Shown: positions 37,010-46,414 of the stretch, piece by piece
Layout: each line of letters starts with the position of its first letter
Position numbering within the stretch: the first letter of the stretch is position 1
Sequence record: MK250019.1
Strand: one strand, 5' to 3'
DNA: 64,000 nucleotides
Translations under genes and position numbers: made by a program
The notes under the pieces: generated by a model
What the model saw: only the letters and a program-made list of their open reading frames with translations
What the model was told of the DNA's origin: nothing
Database searches by the model: none

Positions 37010-37510
37010 TAGACTTGAAAGACGAGGTGCGACCAATAGCATTTCTTCCTTTTGAGAAGAATCCACTAAATCGCCTTTCTGAATTTACATTGCACCATAC
37101 AATCATAATTCTACTCTTATAACTTAACTACATATTTCAGTAGTAATCTTACCATTTCTGAACAAGTTACCAGCTTGCATGGATTATTTGGTTTATAATC
37201 CATATAAGATTCATTATAACAATTAATATCAGCACTGGGAATTGGTATTCCGATCACCGAATATCCATAAACATAAACCTATTGTATTACTACTCACATC
37301 AGTTGTATATTTCACTTCCAATGTATTTGAACTTCATCTCAGAAAGTTTTCCCTTGATTTCCCATTCAAACAGGTTATTTATGTTTGGTTTTCTGTAGAA
37401 TGCTCATTATTCATAAACATCAACCAACATGTCTACTGTTGATTTTTATTACATCACTGCTTTATCCTTAACTCCACCGAAACCATGGATTCATATTTCA
37501 AAGAACTCAT
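37010..37510 (-). ncRNA. Candidate structured ncRNA A (about 500 nt), family unidentified
   Basis: Hairpins atggatta/taatccat, ttcttc/gaagaa, tattc/gaata and ctac-TGAAATAT-gtag. Begins with the boxA-like element, downstream of a promoter. Confidence 0.62.
37495..37506 (-). promoter_or_regulatory. boxA-like antitermination element
   Basis: GTTCTTTGAAAT, identical to 31433-31444. Confidence 0.5.
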
Positions 37511-37546
37511 TTAAAATGAAATAATCTTCAAATTAAATTGTTATTA

Positions 37547-37575
37547 TTTATATAACCTATAATTTAAAAAGTCTA
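37547..37575 (-). promoter_or_regulatory. Sigma70-like promoter (class II) for the ncRNA A/B unit
   Basis: TAGACT-N17-TATAAA, about 40 nt upstream of the boxA-like element. Confidence 0.6.
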
Positions 37576-37764
37576 TATTTTAATCAAAAAATATTTTATT
37601 TTTTTAATTACTTTATTAACTATATGTGTCTTTATCTTCTTTTAATTAATAAAATATGATTTAATTAAAAACTTAATAATTTAGATTATCAATATGTTTC
37701 AAATTTAAATATTATATATGATAATAGAATAATTGTCTATATTTTATAGAAAAAATTTAAAAAA

Positions 37765-37941
37765 TTATTTTAAACAATATTCTAAATCAAAAATAAAACT
37801 CCCTAATAATTCAATTTTATGTCTAATAAGTTCTGCTTCAAAATTAAATTTATGTTCTGAACAAAATGATAATTCAGATAATAATTTATTTCTTTCAGTT
37901 TTCCACTTATTTATTAAATCATCTTTAGATAACTCTTCCAT
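37765..37941 (-). CDS. Small hypothetical protein (58 aa, below the track cutoff)
   Basis: MEELSKDDLINKWKTERNKLL...EYCLK-TAA, co-oriented with its neighbours. Confidence 0.6.
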   Translation of the reverse strand: MEELSKDDLINKWKTERNKLLSELSFCSEHKFNFEAELIRHKIELLGSFIFDLEYCLK

Positions 37942-37966
37942 AATACATTTTCTTCAATTTATTTCA

Positions 37967-38242
37967 TTATTTAATTGTAACTTTGATTTTTGAATCAGTT
38001 ACTTTGCCATTAACAACAGTATTTATAGTATCAATAGAAATAGAATCAAGGCTCTTAATAAACATATTAGGTATCTTTACAATTGTATCTACACTATCTC
38101 TTATCTGAATTGAATCTTTAGTAATATTAATAGTATCATGAATAGGTTTATTATCTGTTACATATCTTGGATTAATCCAAAAATACTGAATAGCAACACC
38201 TACAATAATTCCTATAATAAATGTCCAAAAAATATGTTTCAT
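37967..38242 (-). CDS. Membrane-anchored hypothetical protein
   Basis: N-terminal TM helix followed by a DTI/DSI beta-rich region. Confidence 0.7.
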   Translation of the reverse strand: MKHIFWTFIIGIIVGVAIQYFWINPRYVTDNKPIHDTINITKDSIQIRDSVDTIVKIPNMFIKSLDSISIDTINTVVNGKVTDSKIKVTIK

Positions 38243-38262
38243 TTTATATTATAAATTAAAAA

Positions 38263-38472
38263 TTAAACTTTATTTATTAAATCAACTAAATCATTATATG
38301 TTATCTCTTCATATTTTGTTTTATTTCTACTAATAAAAATAGGTTTATTTAATGATATATTAACATCTTTTAATATCTCATTCTTATCATTCTCTAAAAC
38401 ATACCAATGTGTTTGTTTATCTAATATTTTTCCAGATCTAGTCTGCCCTAATCCCAACCGTACTATTGTCAT
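38263..38472 (-). CDS. Hypothetical protein
   Basis: Clean ORF. Confidence 0.65.
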   Translation of the reverse strand: MTIVRLGLGQTRSGKILDKQTHWYVLENDKNEILKDVNISLNKPIFISRNKTKYEEITYNDLVDLINKV

Positions 38473-38599
38473 ATGAATATAATATTTAATATATTTTTAA
38501 TATTTGAAAAAATCTACCTTCAAAAAAGAAAGAACCAAAGAAAAATAATTTTTAATCAATATTTAATTAGATTTATAAATTAAATTTTTTACATATATT

Positions 38600-38960
38600 A
38601 TATATAAATCTATCACAANNNNNNNNNNNNNNNNNNNNNNNNNNNNNNTGTTTTACCAAAAAGTCTACATTTATCTTAATTATTTTTTAATCGGATTAAA
38701 AAATAATTTATAACTAATTAATAATCAATAGATTAAATAAAATATTTTTCATATATATAAATTAATATAAAATAAAAATTCAGATCTAATTATCAAAAAT
38801 TAAATCTGAATTTAACTAATATAAAAAATTTAAATATTATATATAATATCTATCTCAANNNNNNNNNNNNNNNNNNNNNNNNNNNNNNNGTTTTGAGAAA
38901 AAGTCTACATTTTTACAAAATATTTTTAATAAATTCTAAAAATAATTTATAACTAATTGA
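38600..38960. repeat. Degenerate 240-bp-period direct repeat in an extremely AT-rich intergenic region, each copy containing an N-run
   Basis: tctatc(a/t)caa-Ns-ttt...aaaaagtctacattt...aaaaataatttataactaatt occurs at about 38608 and 38848. Confidence 0.65.
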
Positions 38961-38967
38961 TATATAA

Positions 38968-39678
38968 TTATTTAAGGTATTCCATTACATCATTAAATGC
39001 TTTATTATATTCATCTTCTGATGAACTCTCTAATTTTTCATAATATATACGTTCCTGTAATATCTCTTTAATATCTGCATATTCTCGTTTAATATTATAT
39101 ACAGGTTCACCATCAGACCAAGTCTTAACAATAACTCGAGTAATATCTAAATATCCTTTATATACATTATCTAACCCATGAATTTTAATATATTCATATA
39201 TTGGCATAAATGTTTCTTTTATCAATGATTCTTCATCATCTTTTGAAAGATTCAATTCTTTAATTTGATTTAGTTTTTCTGTATATTCTGCTTTATGAAA
39301 TTTAAGCCTTAATGTTCGATAATGTATATATGATGTCGGAACAACAGGAACAATATTTGTTTCAGGAAAATCTGAACATAAAGGATAAACTTGATCTAAT
39401 ACCCAAATAATATATATGTTATTTACATTAAATTGATATAGATTATAAGATTGACGTTTATCATTACTTAGTTCCCATAGTTCTTCACTATATGGCATTA
39501 CTGCAATATAAGTTTCATTCCATATAGGATTATCTAATTTATCGATATGAATACTTCGTTCATTCGATCTATCTTTATTGATACAATATAATTTTACATC
39601 ATCAGGAACAAGAATTTTATCTACATATGAATCATATGCAAATCTCCAAATTTTATATTCTTTATAGTTTTTATTCAT
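38968..39678 (-). CDS. Hypothetical protein
   Basis: Clean ORF. Confidence 0.75.
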   Translation of the reverse strand: MNKNYKEYKIWRFAYDSYVDKILVPDDVKLYCINKDRSNERSIHIDKLDNPIWNETYIAVMPYSEELWELSNDKRQSYNLYQFNVNNIYIIWVLDQVYPLCSDFPETNIVPVVPTSYIHYRTLRLKFHKAEYTEKLNQIKELNLSKDDEESLIKETFMPIYEYIKIHGLDNVYKGYLDITRVIVKTWSDGEPVYNIKREYADIKEILQERIYYEKLESSSEDEYNKAFNDVMEYLK

Positions 39679-39698
39679 TTTATAGAAATGTTAAATGA

Positions 39699-40058
39699 TT
39701 ATCTTCCAATAGCATCATCATCGCCCCATCTGTTTTTAATAACATATCCGTTTTTATCTACAAAACAATTTGCAAATTTAAGTAATTGTAAATATGTTAT
39801 ATTATTGGTATCACATGGTAATGAACCATATATTACATAATTACCAGGTTTCATTTCTTCTACAATATTACCATATGTTTCTGGATATTTTGGATATGAT
39901 GCGGTTTTCTTAGCAAATGCAATATTCAATTCAAGAATATGAAGCTTTAATTCAGTATTTATATTATCTATTGAATCTATTTTAATAATATTATTCATTT
40001 TATTATTAATTAAAATAATTATAGAAAAAATCGAGAAAAATGATATAAAAATACTCAA
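39699..40058 (-). CDS. Hypothetical protein (start uncertain, possibly the internal MNNIIK)
   Basis: Clean ORF. Confidence 0.65.
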   Translation of the reverse strand: MSIFISFFSIFSIIILINNKMNNIIKIDSIDNINTELKLHILELNIAFAKKTASYPKYPETYGNIVEEMKPGNYVIYGSLPCDTNNITYLQLLKFANCFVDKNGYVIKNRWGDDDAIGR

Positions 40059-40154
40059 ATTTTCTCAATTTTTCTTATGTTTTTGATAGTATTTTTCAAA
40101 CCAGTAGAAGTATACTGTAATACTTTAAAATATTCGTTTTAAGTATCTAAAACA

Positions 40155-40802
40155 TTACTTTGTAGAACTGTTAAATTCTGCTCTAACTTTCTCAATTGCA
40201 TCACACATATTCACCTTCTTACCAGTAGTACGATCTATCTTTGTACAATCGTCATTATTATTACTGCCATAAATAGATACATATACATCATATGCCTCAG
40301 GAAATTCATCTTTCAACTTATTCAATGTTGTAATGTTATTCAATACACAAAGAACTTCTTTGGACCATTTATTGATTTTATATGCATCCAATATAATTTC
40401 ACGACATTCTGCATACAACTTAGGATAATGAATCTCTAAATATGTTGCAAGTGGATGATTATCTGATGAATAACCATTATGAACATTGAAATTATTATAA
40501 AAGTTATTCAGAAGTTTTGATAATTTAAATGCAGGTGCAGAATAATATCTGAAATTACTATCCAATTCGTTACTTCTAAAAAAGTTATAACCATACATGT
40601 TATATTCTCTTGCATTCACATATTGAGGATACTTATCATAAAGATCTTTTACTTCTGTTGGAACTTCATTCCAAAGTGCATCTTCAATCTCCTTTGAAAT
40701 CTTTTCAACTCGATCATCAATTTCCTTACGACGTCTCATAGTCTCCATTCTACGTGAAATAGTCTGACGCTCATCTTTTGTTAATTTCTTATATGCTACC
40801 AT
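40155..40802 (-). CDS. Hypothetical protein
   Basis: Clean ORF. Confidence 0.75.
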   Translation of the reverse strand: MVAYKKLTKDERQTISRRMETMRRRKEIDDRVEKISKEIEDALWNEVPTEVKDLYDKYPQYVNAREYNMYGYNFFRSNELDSNFRYYSAPAFKLSKLLNNFYNNFNVHNGYSSDNHPLATYLEIHYPKLYAECREIILDAYKINKWSKEVLCVLNNITTLNKLKDEFPEAYDVYVSIYGSNNNDDCTKIDRTTGKKVNMCDAIEKVRAEFNSSTK

Positions 40803-40827
40803 TTTATCTAATTTTTAAAAATATTTG

Positions 40828-41430
40828 TTAAACCTTTGTTCTTTTCTTATTATATGGATCATTCCAAATTCCTTTAATAATAAGTTTATCAATATCAATA
40901 TTAAACTTATTTGCAATATCTTCAAGTGAAATCATATTAGCTGAATCAGATTCTTTATCTGCTTTAATCTTCTTTCTAAGAATCTTTTCAGTTTCTTTAC
41001 GATAATACTCTGCATCACCTGGACTATCAAATAACTTAATATCAAAATTAGTTAAATCTGTAACTTCATTTATATTCAAAAATTGAAGTTCACTATATAT
41101 TGATAAACCAGATGTATATCTTATATGAGACCATGCAATATCGAACATTTCTTTTGCAGTTTCAACATAATGATACTTATCATTAAAAGATGTATTAAGA
41201 CTAAACAATACATAACAACCTTCACTTGAATTATTATAAATCATCAATGGAAATACATAATTCATTTGAACTTTCTTATCATGTTCACATATACCACATC
41301 CCCATATAATTTTTGAATAAGGGAAAATATCATTATTATTTGGCGAACCAATTGCATAATGACGATATGTAAAATCATCATTAATAAGATACTTATCTAA
41401 GTCTTTAATATCTTTAATATTATTAAACAT
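40828..41430 (-). CDS. Hypothetical protein, paralogue of 41501-42136
   Basis: Shared L(D/N)KYL, AEYYRK/AETYRK and EDIANKFNI/KEIADALGV motifs. Confidence 0.7.
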   Translation of the reverse strand: MFNNIKDIKDLDKYLINDDFTYRHYAIGSPNNNDIFPYSKIIWGCGICEHDKKVQMNYVFPLMIYNNSSEGCYVLFSLNTSFNDKYHYVETAKEMFDIAWSHIRYTSGLSIYSELQFLNINEVTDLTNFDIKLFDSPGDAEYYRKETEKILRKKIKADKESDSANMISLEDIANKFNIDIDKLIIKGIWNDPYNKKRTKV

Positions 41431-41500
41431 ATAATTCTTCTTTTATATTAAAACTTTTTTAACTCTTATTAGTATAATAATTACTAATGTGTCTTGTTAT

Positions 41501-42136
41501 TTAAATATGGTCAGCAGAATCAAATAATACATTCATATTTTCAATTGAATCAATTATCTTGAAATTAGACGTTTCAACTCCTAATGCATCTGCGATCTCT
41601 TTAATTGTAAAATAACCTTCTTTTGCTTTTTTAATAGCATTACGTGTATATTCTTCAAATGACTTGCGGTATGTTTCAGCAATATCAAATGAGCTAAAAA
41701 TTTTAGCGGGATAATTTTTTGTAAAAAATACGTCAGAAAAATCACATGAATATACACGAGGTGTAAAGAATGTACGAATTGTCTTCTTATTCTTACTAAG
41801 ACTAGAAGGATATATACATTCCAAAACACGTTTTGGAATTGCATGCATATGATAGTATGGAGTATTAATACAATTATAATACTTAACAATAAGTATAGGT
41901 ATAATATAATTATTAACAATACGGTTATTTCTCTTTAAAATAATCGTATACCAGCAAATATTATAATCTTCTCCTAATTTAGGAGTAGATACATCAATAC
42001 TATTATTAATAATTTTTTCTGCAATATCTTTATCAGTAAGATACTTATTTAATTCTTCGAAAGAATTAATAGCAGATGCAGATGCATTAATTAATGTATT
42101 ATGTGACTCTGATAAGTAATTTTTATTTGATTTCAT
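41501..42136 (-). CDS. Hypothetical protein, paralogue of 40828-41430
   Basis: Same shared motifs; first gene downstream of a class I promoter. Confidence 0.7.
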   Translation of the reverse strand: MKSNKNYLSESHNTLINASASAINSFEELNKYLTDKDIAEKIINNSIDVSTPKLGEDYNICWYTIILKRNNRIVNNYIIPILIVKYYNCINTPYYHMHAIPKRVLECIYPSSLSKNKKTIRTFFTPRVYSCDFSDVFFTKNYPAKIFSSFDIAETYRKSFEEYTRNAIKKAKEGYFTIKEIADALGVETSNFKIIDSIENMNVLFDSADHI

Positions 42137-42169
42137 ATTCTTTAAATTTTTAATTGTTTATTATTTTAT

Positions 42170-42205
42170 AATACAAAGATACATATTTTATTCCAAATAA
42201 AAAAA
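42170..42205 (-). promoter_or_regulatory. Bacteroidota-type promoter, class I
   Basis: Exact 14-mer copy. Confidence 0.8.
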
Positions 42206-42249
42206 TGTCTACAAGAATATATTTCAATTCTCATAGACATATAATTATA

Positions 42250-43425
42250 TTAATATATTACTAATCTTACTGTGTTCATTACTTTTCCACCTGGTGTTTT
42301 GAATGTAATAATAGCATAATTATATTCATAACCGTCCCATTCACATTCACGGTCTTCACCATATCCATTATAACGGTCACCATCTTCCAACTTATATTTA
42401 AATTCAATAGTTGCTTTCCAATTTGGCTTCTTTATAGATTGTAATGTTGTTTTATAATCCTTACATTTTTTTGCATCATGCGCAAGTAATCGTAATCCAT
42501 ATCTTTCAAAAATTTGACCACGTTTTCCTGCAACACTTTCTGCTGATACTGTTGTTATTTCTAATGGTTTACATTTCAATACATTAACAATATACTTATT
42601 CAATGATTCAAATTCCTTACAAGGTTTTGAAATATAATGAATAATATCGACATATGTACTACGTTCGCTTCTTAACCACCCGCTAGGACTATGTATCTCT
42701 GTTTTTTGTATATATCCTGGAACATCCGCCTTATAAAGATCATATCTATAAATATCTTCCTCTAATTGATCTACATCACCGTTAGGATAAAATTTAGATA
42801 ATACTTTTTCATTCTTAAAATAAAAATCAACAATATTAATTTCAATTACTGGTGATTTTTTTGATTTCTGCTCAGTAATTTCTTTCTTTATAAGTTTTTT
42901 TAATATACCAACTTTATCATTTGATGATATACGAGGTTTTGATGTAGTTCTTGTATTACTAATTGTATTTGATGAACTGTATGTATTCATACTTTTATCA
43001 GTAATACCAAAATCTTTTAATGTAATAGTACCTCCAATTTTAGTATTAACCCAATTAATAACGTTATTTGCATCTGCTGTATTACGTCTAAATAAATTAG
43101 TAAATGCTTCAATAGTTGCATTATCACGCTTAGGCATTTTTGCTTCAGCTTCACCAACAAAAGTCCAGATTAATTTAGGATTACCAAATGAAGCAAGTTT
43201 ACATTTTCTACCTTGTTTAATAATACGTAGAACATATGATTGTTTTTGTGTTTCATCAACTAAATACAAATAATATACTGGATAACCAGTAGTACCATTA
43301 GCAATAAGTTTTATAATACTACCTCTGTAAGGTATATCATTAAAACTTGCAATATTTTCAAAATTAAACTTAACAACTTTTTGTTCAGTTGTTGAAAGTG
43401 CTTCGAATAATCTATTAAATTTCAT
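42250..43425 (-). CDS. Hypothetical protein (391 aa)
   Basis: Clean ORF; N-terminus MKFNRLFEAL. Confidence 0.75.
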   Translation of the reverse strand: MKFNRLFEALSTTEQKVVKFNFENIASFNDIPYRGSIIKLIANGTTGYPVYYLYLVDETQKQSYVLRIIKQGRKCKLASFGNPKLIWTFVGEAEAKMPKRDNATIEAFTNLFRRNTADANNVINWVNTKIGGTITLKDFGITDKSMNTYSSSNTISNTRTTSKPRISSNDKVGILKKLIKKEITEQKSKKSPVIEINIVDFYFKNEKVLSKFYPNGDVDQLEEDIYRYDLYKADVPGYIQKTEIHSPSGWLRSERSTYVDIIHYISKPCKEFESLNKYIVNVLKCKPLEITTVSAESVAGKRGQIFERYGLRLLAHDAKKCKDYKTTLQSIKKPNWKATIEFKYKLEDGDRYNGYGEDRECEWDGYEYNYAIITFKTPGGKVMNTVRLVIY

Positions 43426-43454
43426 TATTAAAAATATTTTAATGTTTAATATAT

Positions 43455-44153
43455 TTATTTTCTACGAATTGCTCTAATTGGTAATGATGATAACATATCA
43501 TATATAGTTATACCAACATTATTTGCATTTAATATTTTATATCCATAATTAAAATCATATCCATCATACTCAGTAGAACTCCAGAAACATGCATCTGTTT
43601 TATCCTGTACTTTCTTTCCTTTAATATAACCTGTTGAAGGAATAATTATGAATTTATTAGGATTTTTTAATGATGAAACTTTAAATGCAATACCATTTCT
43701 TCCTACTCGTATTTGTGATACATCTGTATTATTAATTAATTCTTCAATATCTTTTTTAGAAGGTATATCCCAACTGGTTCCTAATATAAATTCAGGAACT
43801 GAATTATATTTTATTGTTTTATTTTTTAAACGACTATATAATAACTCTACATAAGAATCCCAGTTAATACCAGCTGCACTATCTAGTGAAATTTTATCTA
43901 ATGTAAATCCTTTTCGTCTAAAATAACCTCCTGTTTTTGTTGGTCTAGTTGCTCCGATATTTCTATCACACCATAAGTTTCCTGATGGTAAATCTAAATC
44001 AATAGCTTCATATTCAATTTTATCTTTTCCTATAGTTACACCTGTTACTTTTTCGGCAAATACCGTATCTATGGAATCTTTATCTGATGCTAAAATATTA
44101 TCAGTTTCTTCATCAAATAAAGATTCCATAAGTATTTTTATATTTTTATTCAT
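43455..44153 (-). CDS. Bacteroidota 'DLGLPSG..W' domain protein (DUF1566 / C-type-lectin-fold-like) with an acidic leader
   Basis: YEAIDLDLPSGNLWCDRNIGA, WDIPS..DIEEL, IIPSTGY, FWSST and C-terminal LPIRAIR. Confidence 0.7.
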   Translation of the reverse strand: MNKNIKILMESLFDEETDNILASDKDSIDTVFAEKVTGVTIGKDKIEYEAIDLDLPSGNLWCDRNIGATRPTKTGGYFRRKGFTLDKISLDSAAGINWDSYVELLYSRLKNKTIKYNSVPEFILGTSWDIPSKKDIEELINNTDVSQIRVGRNGIAFKVSSLKNPNKFIIIPSTGYIKGKKVQDKTDACFWSSTEYDGYDFNYGYKILNANNVGITIYDMLSSLPIRAIRRK

Positions 44154-44183
44154 TAATACTATATTAATATTTAAAATATTTAT

Positions 44184-45329
44184 TTAATAATAACGCCCAT
44201 ATTTGCCACTTGGCTTATCTAATGTAAACTCATTTGTTATAACCCAATATGAAATGCCGACATTATAACATAGTATAATAATAAGAATTGCGATATACCA
44301 ACCAATACTTAATTCTATACTTAGATAATTAAAATCATTAAATTCTTTTCTATGCCAATTTTTATCAATTTGTGTATCTAACCATTCAGCATAATCTTTG
44401 AAATTAATATCAGGATGTTTTATAAAATAATCTCTTGTTTTAACTTCAAGCATAGGTTCATCACTCCACGAGAATGGATTACACCAAATAACTGTATTAT
44501 TTTTCACACCGAGACACACGACAAATTCATTTTTATTTCCACCTTGCCAATATGCTTTTTGCATTTCCGCAACTTCTAATGAAGGATTATTAAAGCATAG
44601 AATAAAAACATGTATTTGATTTTTTGGACCTCTATAACCATTTAAATATCGTACTGCATCAATATCAGTATCAGTCGCAGTGAAACCAAGAATAGGATTT
44701 TGATCATTATTTTTAATTTCTGGATAATCAAATAACTTATTTTCCTTAATTTCTTCTTCACTCATATTTCCGTATTTGAATATAGAATATGATGAAGCTT
44801 TAACTTTATTTTGATATAAATGTGTCCACGTTACAGGATAAGAGTTTTCTCTTGTTCTGTTCCATGATGTAACATATGCATCGCCATCTTTTGATCTATA
44901 TGATCTATGCATATCTTTAAAAACAGCTGGCATATTTAATTTATAACAAATTAATTTATATTCATCTTCAGATACATCATTTGTTTCACCTGTTACTGTT
45001 TCATATACATATCGTTTAGGATGATAACGCCGTTCCGGAACTACATATGTTTCTGTACGAGTTTTACCTTTACCACATGAAACCGTTCTTGTATGTGTTA
45101 CCATAACAGTTTCATCCCAATCTTCATAATATGTTATTTTACTTACCAAATCACTTAAATATTCTTTATCTAATGATGATATATAAACAAATGAATATTT
45201 AAGAGCAAAAAATAACAATATTGAAGGAACAAGTACAACTACATATTCCCAAAGTGCTGTTTTTTCTCTGAATTTAAATGCAAGTATTCCCACTGTAACA
45301 ATAGGAATTAAAAAGATTAATATTTCCAT
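44184..45329 (-). CDS. Membrane protein (381 aa; two N-terminal and one C-terminal TM segment)
   Basis: Hydrophobic termini; clean ORF. Confidence 0.75.
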   Translation of the reverse strand: MEILIFLIPIVTVGILAFKFREKTALWEYVVVLVPSILLFFALKYSFVYISSLDKEYLSDLVSKITYYEDWDETVMVTHTRTVSCGKGKTRTETYVVPERRYHPKRYVYETVTGETNDVSEDEYKLICYKLNMPAVFKDMHRSYRSKDGDAYVTSWNRTRENSYPVTWTHLYQNKVKASSYSIFKYGNMSEEEIKENKLFDYPEIKNNDQNPILGFTATDTDIDAVRYLNGYRGPKNQIHVFILCFNNPSLEVAEMQKAYWQGGNKNEFVVCLGVKNNTVIWCNPFSWSDEPMLEVKTRDYFIKHPDINFKDYAEWLDTQIDKNWHRKEFNDFNYLSIELSIGWYIAILIIILCYNVGISYWVITNEFTLDKPSGKYGRYY

Positions 45330-45365
45330 ATTTAATTAATACTATTTACTGATATTCATATTTAT

Positions 45366-45401
45366 AATACAAAGATACATTTTTATTATTAAATAAAAAA
45401 A
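45366..45401 (-). promoter_or_regulatory. Bacteroidota-type promoter, class I
   Basis: Exact 14-mer copy. Confidence 0.8.
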
Positions 45402-45423
45402 TCTTGAAGATTTTACATTATCT

Positions 45424-45876
45424 TCAAGATTTCTCATATTTCTTTTTTAATTGTTCATATAATTTACGTTCATTATCTTCATTTTCTTTTTTATTCTTTT
45501 CCTCGATATATGTTTTGAATCTATTATAACGTTTATCACGCTCTTTATAATAGTCATCTCCATTTTTCAGAAAGTCTTCAAGTTGTTTTGCTGTTAAACC
45601 TCGCGTTGAATAATCATCATGCTCACCTCTTCCATAATAATCATCCCACTCAATATAATATAACCCATTAAATTTAGATATTTCAATATATGTTATATTA
45701 CAAGATTCTACATCTACATCATCATTACAGAATGAATGAAGAAACTGCTTATATGATTTTTTACTTGTAAATTCTTTTATAAACTTCTGTTTATATTCTT
45801 TGTATTTCTGTAATGAATTATTGTATTCTTTTTCTATTTCATTAAATTTCTCAAATGAAAAATTAGTATTATCCAT
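45424..45876 (-). CDS. Hypothetical protein, tandem paralogue of 45966-46412
   Basis: MDNTNFSF...ERKLYEQLKKKYEKS. Confidence 0.8.
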   Translation of the reverse strand: MDNTNFSFEKFNEIEKEYNNSLQKYKEYKQKFIKEFTSKKSYKQFLHSFCNDDVDVESCNITYIEISKFNGLYYIEWDDYYGRGEHDDYSTRGLTAKQLEDFLKNGDDYYKERDKRYNRFKTYIEEKNKKENEDNERKLYEQLKKKYEKS

Positions 45877-45879
45877 ATT

Positions 45880-45936
45880 TTAATAAATTTTAGTAAAATT
45901 ATTATAAAAATCTTATGCATATCTTACAAAATATGG
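45880..45936 (-). pseudogene. Relic copy of the 3' end of gene 46415-46948
   Basis: Closely matches 46415-46471; PYFVRHAEDFYDNFTKIY becomes PYFVRYA*DFYNNFTKIY. Confidence 0.7.
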
Positions 45937-45965
45937 AAAAAACCTTTAAAGACGTTGTATTATCT

Positions 45966-46412
45966 TCAAGATTTCTCATATTTCTTTTTCAAACGTTCAT
46001 ATAATTCTCTTTCTTCTTTATCTGGATCTATATATTCATTATTTTTTGCATTTTGAATACGTTCATAACGTTCTTTAACTTTCTCATAATATTCATCTCC
46101 ATTTTTGAAAAAGTCATCAATCTGCTTTATTGTTAAAGGTTTAGTCATGAATGATTCAGTTTCACCAAGGAAAGAATCATCCCATTGAATATAAAATATA
46201 TCACCGTATCTTAATAACTGAATAAATGAAATATTTTGATTAAATACATCTATATCTTTATCATCTCTATGTTTATTCAAGAAATATTTATATGATTTCA
46301 TATTCTCAAATGCAACACTAAAAGATTTTATATGTTCATTATATTTACGTAAGATGTCTGCAAATTTATCATCATCTTCTACATACTGCTTAAATGAAAA
46401 AGTATTATCCAT
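45966..46412 (-). CDS. Hypothetical protein, tandem paralogue of 45424-45876
   Basis: MDNTFSF...ERELYERLKKKYEKS. Confidence 0.8.
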   Translation of the reverse strand: MDNTFSFKQYVEDDDKFADILRKYNEHIKSFSVAFENMKSYKYFLNKHRDDKDIDVFNQNISFIQLLRYGDIFYIQWDDSFLGETESFMTKPLTIKQIDDFFKNGDEYYEKVKERYERIQNAKNNEYIDPDKEERELYERLKKKYEKS

Positions 46413-46414
46413 AA

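Noticed and set aside
37242-37993. + strand ORFs 37242-37442 and 37733-37993
   Set aside because: The first lies antisense within ncRNA A. The second is the shadow of a better minus-strand 58-aa gene (37765-37941).
43455-44153. DGR target (C-type-lectin-fold-like domain)
   Set aside because: No reverse transcriptase and no template-repeat/variable-repeat pair with adenine-specific mismatches is visible in the window.
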